A stretch of DNA of 64,000 nt, taken from NCBI GenBank assembly GCA_049974965.1, contig JBNGCT010000001.1, forward strand, positions 2,624 to 66,623, in the 5' to 3' direction. A program made the position numbers and the translations under genes. A model generated the notes under the pieces. The model had not been told where the DNA came from, made no database searches, and saw only the letters and a list, made by a program, of their open reading frames with translations. The DNA is from Thermovirgaceae bacterium (GTDB taxonomy: Bacteria > Synergistota > Synergistia > Synergistales > Thermovirgaceae). Shown here piece by piece: positions 9,141-16,977 of the stretch. Within the stretch, counting starts at the first letter, position 1. Each line of letters starts with the position of its first letter.

Positions 9141-10394
9141 ATGACCAGCCTTGACAAATTTGGAGATCTCATTGAAAGAAGGAAGGAATTCCCTTCGCTG
9201 GAGCGGACTCACAATGGCTATCCTCTCGCGTATCTCGACGGTCCGGGAGGCACCCAGGTGCCACAGCAGGTTATAGATGCCGTAGCGTGGTACTACAAGA
9301 CATGTAATTCAAATACTCACGGCTTTTTCATCACAACAAACGAATCTGACGCGATGATCGAAAAGACCCGCGAAAAAGTAGCCTGTTTTCTGGGCGCCCC
9401 GGGGGGGGGAAACATATCCTTCGGCCATAATATGACGACATTGAACTATATGCTCAGCAGGGCCCTTGGAAAACATTTCGAACCCGGCGACGAAATCCTC
9501 ATCACACAACTGGATCACGAGGCGAACCGCGGCCCCTGGCTCGCTCTGAGGGAAGAAGGGATCATCGTCCGGGAGATCTGCATCAAAGACGACGCAACAC
9601 TGGATTATGACGACCTTGAAGAGAAACTCAACGAGAACACGCGCCTTGTCGCAATGGGTTTCTCGGCAAACACGACAGGAACCGTCAATGATGTCCGGAG
9701 AGTGAGGCAGCTGACCTATCAGGTCGGCGCCTGGCTGCTTGTTGATGCTGTTCATTATGCCCCGCATTTTTCGATCGACGTCAGCGACCTCGGAGTCGAT
9801 TTTCTTCTTTGCTCGGCGTACAAATTCTACGGGCCGCACATCGGCATCCTTTACAGCAAGGAAGGCCTGCTTGACTCCATTCCGGCCTACCGACTGCGTA
9901 CCCAGGAACAGCATGCCCCCTGCAGCATCGAAACGGGAACGCTGAACCACGCCGCCATATCGGGCACCGGGGCGGCCGTCGAATACATTGCATCCTTCGG
10001 CAACGGGAAGGGCCTCAGGGAGAAAGTCGTTTCCGCCATGGAACGTCTTGCCGAATACGAGCACATCCTCGCGAAGCAGATTTGCGACGGTTTGCGGAAA
10101 ATCGAGGGAGTCTCCGTTGTAGGGCCTTCCTTTGATGCAGGGGAGCGGGCACCGACGGTTTCTTTCACCATGAAGGACAAAGACCCCATTGACGTCTGCT
10201 CCAGTTTGAACGAGAAGGGCATCTGTGCATGGGACGGGCATTTCTACGGGATCAGGCCCATCGAGGTTCTGGGGCTGCTTGAAAAGGGTGGTGTCACCCG
10301 CGTCGGAGTCTCCCTGTACAACACGGAGGAAGAGGTCAAGCGGCTCCTCGAAGCCGTCGGCGAAATCGCCGCCGAAGGTTCCGAAGGGAACTAG
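9141..10394 (+). CDS. Cysteine desulfurase-like class V PLP enzyme (VC1184/TIGR01976-like) lacking the SufS catalytic Cys
   Basis: YLDGPGGTQVP, LDHEAN, VDAVHYAPH, SAYKFYGPH, ETGT, GHFYG. Confidence 0.85.
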   Translation: MTSLDKFGDLIERRKEFPSLERTHNGYPLAYLDGPGGTQVPQQVIDAVAWYYKTCNSNTHGFFITTNESDAMIEKTREKVACFLGAPGGGNISFGHNMTTLNYMLSRALGKHFEPGDEILITQLDHEANRGPWLALREEGIIVREICIKDDATLDYDDLEEKLNENTRLVAMGFSANTTGTVNDVRRVRQLTYQVGAWLLVDAVHYAPHFSIDVSDLGVDFLLCSAYKFYGPHIGILYSKEGLLDSIPAYRLRTQEQHAPCSIETGTLNHAAISGTGAAVEYIASFGNGKGLREKVVSAMERLAEYEHILAKQICDGLRKIEGVSVVGPSFDAGERAPTVSFTMKDKDPIDVCSSLNEKGICAWDGHFYGIRPIEVLGLLEKGGVTRVGVSLYNTEEEVKRLLEAVGEIAAEGSEGN

Positions 10395-10397
10395 CAC

Positions 10398-11426
10398 ATG
10401 AAAGCCCTGTTCATCGGATTCGGCAATGTAGGCCGCAAGATTGCCTCGATACTCGCGAGGGAAAGGGAGAGATTCCCGAATCTCAAAGACCTTGCGATCG
10501 AACCTGTCGGGATCGTCACACGAAGTAAAGGTTCCCTGGCGGATCCTGAGGGTCTCGATTTCAACGAGGCGCTTTCAATGATGGAGGAGCTGGGCCGGTT
10601 CGACCCAGATTCGCCTGCCTGTTCAAAACTGGAATCTTTGGAAGCGGCGGAATGTCTTGACTACGATGTTCTTGTGGAGTTGTCGACCCTCTCCATAGAA
10701 AAAAACGGCGAACCCGCAACATCTCATATACGGACTGCCCTTTCACGCGGGAAACATGCTGTTTCAGCCAACAAGGGCCCCGTAGCCTTCAGCTATTCAG
10801 AGATCGCCGGGCTTGCGAGAGAAAAAGGGTGCCGGTTTCTTCACGAAACTATTGTCATGGACGGAGCCCCTGTCTTCAATCTCGCCCGCTGCACTCTGAA
10901 AGGCTGTATCGTTACCGGGGTGGAGGGGATATTCAACTCGACGACCAATTTTGTCCTCACCCAAATGGAACAGGGTGTCTCCCTCGAGGACGCCGTCAGG
11001 GAAGCCCAGCGGGTCGGCGTCGCAGAGGCCGATCCGTCCCATGACCTTGAAGGATGGGATGCCGCCGCAAAGACGGCGGCATTGGCCAACGTCCTGATGA
11101 ATGCAGGTATAACACCTTTCGATGTGGCCCGTACCGGGATCAGTGGAGTGACGCAGGAAGAGGTGGCCAAAGCCGTTGCAAAAGGCGGGCACCTGAAATT
11201 GATATGCAGGGCGAAACCCGAAGGCGGCTCCGTCAGGGCAACCGTCGGGGTGGAGGAGGTTGAGGGGCGCCATTATTATGCCGCCGTTTCAGGCCGTGGT
11301 GCCGTTCTGAGGATAGAAACGGACCTCATGGGTCCGATCTTTGTCACCCAGGAGGATCCGACGCTTTATGACACGGCCTACGGCGTGCTGGATGACCTTC
11401 TCACGCTGCAGCGACCAATATCCTGA
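10398..11426 (+). CDS. hom: Homoserine dehydrogenase (no ACT domain)
   Basis: GFGNVG, HAVSANKGP, E.IV.DGAP, GIFNSTTNF, AEADPSHDLEGWDAAAK. Confidence 0.85.
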   Translation: MKALFIGFGNVGRKIASILARERERFPNLKDLAIEPVGIVTRSKGSLADPEGLDFNEALSMMEELGRFDPDSPACSKLESLEAAECLDYDVLVELSTLSIEKNGEPATSHIRTALSRGKHAVSANKGPVAFSYSEIAGLAREKGCRFLHETIVMDGAPVFNLARCTLKGCIVTGVEGIFNSTTNFVLTQMEQGVSLEDAVREAQRVGVAEADPSHDLEGWDAAAKTAALANVLMNAGITPFDVARTGISGVTQEEVAKAVAKGGHLKLICRAKPEGGSVRATVGVEEVEGRHYYAAVSGRGAVLRIETDLMGPIFVTQEDPTLYDTAYGVLDDLLTLQRPIS

Positions 11427-11456
11427 ACACAGGAAAACAGGCGAAAGAAGTTACCG

Positions 11457-11491
11457 GGCGGCACGGAAAGATGTACCGTGCCGCCTTTTTT
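11457..11491 (+). terminator. Intrinsic terminator
   Basis: GGCGGCACGG-9 nt-CCGTGCCGCC followed by TTTTTT. Confidence 0.85.
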
Positions 11492-11594
11492 ATACGCCCC
11501 GATCCGCCACAAAGCCGGATCAGGACGGGAAAGACATGTATAATGGCGATATTTTATGTCGGTCGTGATTGTGAACTTGGACGTGACATGGACC

Positions 11595-12818
11595 ATGACA
11601 AGGAGGCGGTTTCGATTGGGAAAGAAATGCGGCTTTTTTCTTTTGGTTTTGCTGCTGCTGTTTTTTACCGGTAGCCGGGCTGACACTGCCGGGTTCGCCC
11701 TGTACGAATTCAGTGCTCGCGGAAACGCCCTTGGCGGCGCCATGGTCGGGAGGGCGGACGATCCCTCGGCGATAGCCTTCAATGCCGCCGGCATCACCCA
11801 GATCCCCGGCTCGGCCATTTCGGTGGGGGCCTCCTTTATCATGCCATCGGTGGAAATCAACTCCGGGGGAACGACGGCGGGATCCCTGTCGAACACCTGG
11901 ATTCCTCCACATTTCTACTACACGAAACAACTTTCCGAAAAGACATGGCTGGGCCTGGGAATCATGTCCCGGTTCGGCCTTGGTACGGAGTTTCATCCAA
12001 CCTGGCTCGGCCGGTATAACAGTTACTACGCGGCGATACAAAGCGTTTCATTCAACCCGAATATCGCCTGGAAGATTTCCGACACACTTTCGGTCTCGCT
12101 GGGCGCAGAGGCCATGTGGTTCGAATATGAAGCAAAAAAAAGGTTTTTCCCTTACGATACGGATATTCTGCTCAAGGGCGACAGTATCGGCTGGGGATGG
12201 AATCTCGGTTTGCTGAAAAAATTCGACGAAAGGGTGAGTTTCGGGTTTTCTTATAGGAGCGAGGTCAAACAGGCAATCGAGGGAAACGCATCTTTTTCCG
12301 GCATCCTTCCCGACGGTCCAGCACAGGGGGACATTACACTTCCGGAAATGTTTTTCGCAGGGATTCTTTTTAACGCGACGGACAGGCTTTCATTCGAGAC
12401 CGGCGCAGTCCGCACGAACTGGAGCTCCTACGACAATCTGACAATCCTGTACGGGGACCCGCAAGACCCGATGATGGTTGTCTCGACACCGAAATATTAC
12501 GAGGACGTCTGGCGTTACAACGTCGGCATCGAGTGGGAAGCAACGCCTCAATGGACATGGCGCCTGAGTTATGTTTATGACGAATCCCCGATCCCCGATG
12601 GCACGATAGACTACCAGCTTCCGGCAAATGACCGCCATCTGTACTCTTTTGGTATCGGCTACAAGTGGGATGAAACAAGATCGCTGGACCTTTCCTATAC
12701 CTACATTTCCATAGAAGACAGGGATATTTCCGGACGTCCAAAAGACGGGATCCCTGATTCGAGACTCGCTGACGGCGACACCCATATTGTCGGATTGACC
12801 TATAATCAGTGGTTATGA
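11595..12818 (+). CDS. FadL/OmpP1/TodX family outer-membrane transport protein
   Basis: Signal peptide then AGFALYEFSARGNALGGA, ADDPSAIAFNAAG; beta-barrel pattern; start uncertain (11556 or 11595). Confidence 0.9.
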   Translation: MTRRRFRLGKKCGFFLLVLLLLFFTGSRADTAGFALYEFSARGNALGGAMVGRADDPSAIAFNAAGITQIPGSAISVGASFIMPSVEINSGGTTAGSLSNTWIPPHFYYTKQLSEKTWLGLGIMSRFGLGTEFHPTWLGRYNSYYAAIQSVSFNPNIAWKISDTLSVSLGAEAMWFEYEAKKRFFPYDTDILLKGDSIGWGWNLGLLKKFDERVSFGFSYRSEVKQAIEGNASFSGILPDGPAQGDITLPEMFFAGILFNATDRLSFETGAVRTNWSSYDNLTILYGDPQDPMMVVSTPKYYEDVWRYNVGIEWEATPQWTWRLSYVYDESPIPDGTIDYQLPANDRHLYSFGIGYKWDETRSLDLSYTYISIEDRDISGRPKDGIPDSRLADGDTHIVGLTYNQWL

Positions 12819-12941
12819 TTCGGGCCTTTCTGAAAGACTGTTTCGAAATTTCGTAAAAAAAGGTTCGGGCTTGCACAAGCGGAAAAGCTGTGATAAAAAA
12901 ATTGATGCTTTGAGAAAGCAGACACGAGGAGGCGGATCCCT

Positions 12942-13442
12942 TTGAGTAAACACGACAGCTACGAGAATCTGCAGGCGGCCTTTGCCGGGGAGTCCCAGGC
13001 AAACAGGAAATATGCGGCTTTCGCCCAAAAAGCCGAAGAGGAAGGCTTTACCCAGGTAGCGAAACTTTTTCGTGTAACCGCCGAAGCCGAAACAATTCAT
13101 GCCAATGCCCACCTCAAGGCCATGGGCAAGATCGGATCCACGGCGGATAACCTCAAAGCCGCCATTGACGGGGAAACCTACGAATTCTCCGAAATGTACC
13201 CGGAATTTATCGAAATCGCCGAGACGGAAGATGAAAAGGCGGCACTCAGGGCTTTCAAATACGCCGTTGAAGCCGAGAAGGTCCACGCGGAACTTTACAA
13301 TAAAGCTCTCGAAAACCTTGGCAGCAACGAGGCCGTAGACCTTTACCTGTGCACGGTTTGCGGGCACATTGCCGAGGGGTCGGCACCGGATACCTGCCCA
13401 CTCTGCGGCGCAAAAAAACAGGCTTTCAAAAAATCGGAATAA
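12942..13442 (+). CDS. rbr: Rubrerythrin
   Basis: AFAGESQA, EAETIHA, EAEKVHA, C-terminal CTVC...CPLC. Confidence 0.93.
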   Translation: MSKHDSYENLQAAFAGESQANRKYAAFAQKAEEEGFTQVAKLFRVTAEAETIHANAHLKAMGKIGSTADNLKAAIDGETYEFSEMYPEFIEIAETEDEKAALRAFKYAVEAEKVHAELYNKALENLGSNEAVDLYLCTVCGHIAEGSAPDTCPLCGAKKQAFKKSE

Positions 13443-13475
13443 CAAAAACAATACATTATGCGGAGGTGGTCTCCT

Positions 13476-13991
13476 GTGAGTGAAGAAAGAAAAGTCACGT
13501 TGAAAGGAAAGGCTTTTGCCCTGACGGGAGATGAGATCGATGTTGGTGACAAGGCTCCCGATTTTTGTGTCGTCGACAAGAACTTGAAGCAATACACCCT
13601 GAAAGACTTTTCTGGCAAAATCAAGGTCATCTCGGTGACACCGTCGCTGGATACGCCGGTCTGCGAGCTGCAGGCCCATCGTTTCAATGAAGAGGCATCA
13701 GCAATGCCGGAAGATGTGGTGGTTCTGAATATCAGCATGGATCTTCCCTTCGCAATCAAACGGTTTTGTATGTCCGGCGATGCTTCGAACATCAAGGTCT
13801 TTTCCGACCACAGGGAGGCCACCTTCGGAAAAAACTGGGGGGTCCTCGTTGAGGCCCTGCGGGTTCTTGCAAGAGCGGTTTTTCTTGTGGACAGGGATGA
13901 CGTCATCAGGTACATGGAAATCGTTCCCGATATTGGGGAGCACCCCGATTACGACAAGGCTCTCGATGCGGTAAAAAAACTGATTCGGTAG
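13476..13991 (+). CDS. tpx: Thiol peroxidase
   Basis: PSLDTPVC, ISMDLPFAIKRFC; GTG 13476 after GGAGGT. Confidence 0.93.
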   Translation: MSEERKVTLKGKAFALTGDEIDVGDKAPDFCVVDKNLKQYTLKDFSGKIKVISVTPSLDTPVCELQAHRFNEEASAMPEDVVVLNISMDLPFAIKRFCMSGDASNIKVFSDHREATFGKNWGVLVEALRVLARAVFLVDRDDVIRYMEIVPDIGEHPDYDKALDAVKKLIR

Positions 13992-14018
13992 GCTGTATGT
14001 CAAAAGAGATTCCGAAGG

Positions 14019-14059
14019 GAGGGCCCCGACGGCAAACGTGCCGCGGGGCCCTCTTGTTT
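14019..14059 (+). terminator. Probable intrinsic terminator after rbr-tpx
   Basis: GAGGGCCCCG...CGGGGCCCTC then TTGTTT. Confidence 0.7.
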
Positions 14060-14212
14060 GGATCGCCGGCCCGTGTTCTGTATACTGGAAGAGGCTTGAA
14101 AGCGATAGAAGGATACGAAATGGTGCTTCAGGGGCCTTGGCAGGATCATTAAATCTTTTTACGGGGTATGCCCGAAAGGTATGAAAAAAGTGAATCCAGG
14201 GAGAGATAAACC

Positions 14213-15190
14213 ATGTATGAAAACACTGTGCCTGAAATGACGGATATCCTGCCAGCGAAGGAATTCCTCAGGACAAGGGTGAGAAAAACCCCGTCAGACC
14301 TGTCTGAAGCGCTTTTTGAAAGAACCGGCGGCCCGGTCATATTAAAATGGGAGAACCTCCAGTTGTGTGGCGCCTTCAAGATACGAGGTGCCCTGTACAA
14401 GATGTTTTCTCTCTCACCGGAGGAGCGAAACCGTGGCGTCGTGACGGCTTCCTCGGGAAACCACGCCCAGGGTGTCGCCACAGCGGCATCGATGCTGGGC
14501 GTGAAAGCTGTAATTTGCGTCCCCGGTTCCTGCCCGGAGACAAAAAAACGGGCCATCGGGAAACGTGGTGGTGAATATGTACAATTGAAAGTCATCGGAG
14601 AATTCTACGATGAGGCGGAGGCGGAAGCAAAACGGCTTTGCGATGAAGCGAAAATGGTTTACGTTTCCGCTTACGAAGACCGGCACATCATTGCCGGCCA
14701 GGGAACGGTTGGCTTCGAATTGCTGGAGGAACATCCGGACCTTGACGTGATCCTTGTCCCAATCAGCGGTGGAGGCCTCATCACGGGGGTGACCGTGGCG
14801 GCGAAAGCCCTCCGGCAGGACATAAAGGTGTGGGGCGTGTATGCGAAAGCCAACCCCTCCTGGAGGAATGCCTGGGAAAAGGGATTCGTGGAACCCGTGG
14901 AAGAAGAAAAGACGCTGGCCGACGCCCTCTCCGGGGCGGCCTCTCCGGTTCTGTTCCGTTACCTCAAGGAGAATCTGGCGGGACTTGTCGAGGTTGATGA
15001 AGCTGAAATCGCGTCGGCAATATCCTTTTTGCACAGGGAACATCACCAGGTTGCGGAAGGTGCGGGGGCCACGGGAGTGGCGGCCCTCTTGTCGGGGAAA
15101 TTCGTCACCGGCGGCAAAAAGGCGGGTGTCGTCGTCTCCGGCGGGAACATTGATGAGCAGCGGCTGCTTAAGGTATTAGGGATCCTGTAA
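14213..15190 (+). CDS. Threonine/serine ammonia-lyase (PLP fold II, no regulatory domain)
   Basis: KWENLQLCGAFKIRG, ASSGNHAQG, PISGGGLI, VVSGGNID. Confidence 0.9.
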   Translation: MYENTVPEMTDILPAKEFLRTRVRKTPSDLSEALFERTGGPVILKWENLQLCGAFKIRGALYKMFSLSPEERNRGVVTASSGNHAQGVATAASMLGVKAVICVPGSCPETKKRAIGKRGGEYVQLKVIGEFYDEAEAEAKRLCDEAKMVYVSAYEDRHIIAGQGTVGFELLEEHPDLDVILVPISGGGLITGVTVAAKALRQDIKVWGVYAKANPSWRNAWEKGFVEPVEEEKTLADALSGAASPVLFRYLKENLAGLVEVDEAEIASAISFLHREHHQVAEGAGATGVAALLSGKFVTGGKKAGVVVSGGNIDEQRLLKVLGIL

Positions 15191-15233
15191 GTCCGCTGCT
15201 CGGGCGACCCGAAAAACCCGGCCCGGCGTCCTT

Positions 15234-15458
15234 TTGAAAGAGGTGACAGATTTGCCTGAAAACGAATCCCCTTCGAACGGAGAAAAAAAACGTTCCCCTC
15301 TCACGACGCTTTTGTTCATTTGTGTTTCTCTGGCGATTTTCATGAAGTTTCTTTTTCATATTGAGCCGGTACGGCATTTTTTCGCCGGACCGGGAAAGTA
15401 TGTATTTGTACCGATTCTGCTGTTCCTCGGATACCTGGGCACGCAACGCGGAAAGTAA
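15234..15458 (+). CDS. Small hypothetical membrane protein (two TM segments)
   Basis: Fills the gap between genes; GAGGTG SD before TTG 15252; two hydrophobic helices with basic flanks. Confidence 0.55.
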   Translation: MKEVTDLPENESPSNGEKKRSPLTTLLFICVSLAIFMKFLFHIEPVRHFFAGPGKYVFVPILLFLGYLGTQRGK

Positions 15459-15497
15459 AAAACACCCCACCACGGCGCTTCATGGGCCCCGACGGTC

Positions 15498-16439
15498 TTA
15501 TTTCGCCCAGTGGTCGCCCTGGCGGGCATCAAGTTGCTCGAGAAGCCCCTCGATGTCTTTCATGACGGCCTGCTTGTCCAAGACCCACTCAGGCGCAACC
15601 AGTCTCGGAAACGAGGCGTCCGCTGACAGGCGCTGAATTGCCACGTCTGGTCGAAGGCTTCTCAGGGCACCAACGACCTTTTTCGTATACCCGGACCGGG
15701 TCAGGGGGGCAAAGAGCCCCTGCCGGAAAAGCCTCTCAAGGGATGTCCCCGAGAGAACGTAGAGCGGATGGAACTTGATGCCGTGGATCCCCCTTGCTGA
15801 AAGCCACTCGGCTGAAAGAGCGAGCTGGTCGTCTTTTTCGCCCGGGATGCCTGCAATGAGATGGCCACACACTGAAAGTCCCCGGCAGTGCCTGCATCTT
15901 TCGAGGGCGTCTTCGACTTCGACAATCCCGTGTCCCCGGTTGAGCCATTCAAGCCCCGAGTCGTCTGTCGTCTGGACTCCAAGTTCGAGCCAGATTTCAA
16001 TGTGTCTTTCGGCGAGCTTTTCCAGGAAACGGAGCAGTTCATCGGGAACCTGGTCGGGTCGTGCGCCGAGAGCCAGTCCGACGACACAGCCGAGGTTTTC
16101 CGAAAAGGCAATTGCTCTTTCGATGACCTTTACCAGATCACAGACAGGCAGGTTTGTCGTGGAGTAGCTTTGAAAATACAGTATGGCCCTGTCCGTCCCG
16201 TATCTTCGCCGGAGACGTTCAAACCCGCGTATGATCTGGTCTTCCATCGTCATTCCTGAAAGGTATGCTCCGCTTCCTCCGCCGAAGCTGTCACAAAAAA
16301 CGCAACCCCCTTCTGCGAGGTTTCTCCGGTGCGGGCATCCTGCGCCGATGTCGAGAGAAATTTTCTGGACACGTTGGCCCCAACGTTTTCTCAAAAGGAC
16401 CGACCAGGGAAGGTACCTTCGGGATTCGGAGCCGGAAAT
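15498..16439 (-). CDS. YhcC/TIGR01212 family radical SAM protein (start uncertain)
   Basis: KISLD.G.GCPHR...GGCVFC, YFQSYSTT, RPD, ELGVQT, NRGH, IKFHPL; frame open upstream of TTG 16394 to the purE UGA. Confidence 0.88.
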   Translation of the reverse strand: MSGSESRRYLPWSVLLRKRWGQRVQKISLDIGAGCPHRRNLAEGGCVFCDSFGGGSGAYLSGMTMEDQIIRGFERLRRRYGTDRAILYFQSYSTTNLPVCDLVKVIERAIAFSENLGCVVGLALGARPDQVPDELLRFLEKLAERHIEIWLELGVQTTDDSGLEWLNRGHGIVEVEDALERCRHCRGLSVCGHLIAGIPGEKDDQLALSAEWLSARGIHGIKFHPLYVLSGTSLERLFRQGLFAPLTRSGYTKKVVGALRSLRPDVAIQRLSADASFPRLVAPEWVLDKQAVMKDIEGLLEQLDARQGDHWAK

Positions 16440-16445
16440 CGCTGA

Positions 16446-16973
16446 TCACTCCCTCGAGAAAGCGTCTTCCGGCGCCGAGGGCATGTCTGAAATGGATACC
16501 CTTGATGCCCTGACCTTCTGCCCGCCACGGAAAACAGCTTCACAAAGCCTTTCGTGAAGGGAAGGATCCTGGAGAGCGATGATCCTTGCCGCCAGGAGCG
16601 CAGCGTTTTTGGCACCGTCTATTCCTGTTGCGGCGACGGGAACGCCGGGAGGCATCTGGGCGACCGAAAGCAGCGCGTCCATTCCGCCCAGGGTTCCGGC
16701 GTTGACGGGAACACCGATGACGGGAAGCGTAGTGTGAGCAGCGACCACGCCCGGCAGGGCGGCAGAAAGCCCCGCTATGGCGATGATGACACCGATGCCC
16801 CTGGATCGTGCATTTTCTGCGTAAGAAACGGCATCTTCCGGTGTGCGATGCGCCGAGGCAATGGTGACTTCCGCCCTGATGTCCAGGCCTTCAAGCGTTT
16901 CCATGGCTTTCCGTGCTATGTCCATGTCCGACTGGGATCCCATGACGATTCCTATCTGAGGTTGCCTGTCCAT
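16446..16973 (-). CDS. purE: AIR carboxylase / N5-CAIR mutase PurE
   Basis: GIVMGSQSD, SAHRTP, PVIGVP, SVAQMPPGVPVA. Confidence 0.95.
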   Translation of the reverse strand: MDRQPQIGIVMGSQSDMDIARKAMETLEGLDIRAEVTIASAHRTPEDAVSYAENARSRGIGVIIAIAGLSAALPGVVAAHTTLPVIGVPVNAGTLGGMDALLSVAQMPPGVPVAATGIDGAKNAALLAARIIALQDPSLHERLCEAVFRGGQKVRASRVSISDMPSAPEDAFSRE

Positions 16974-16977
16974 GATT

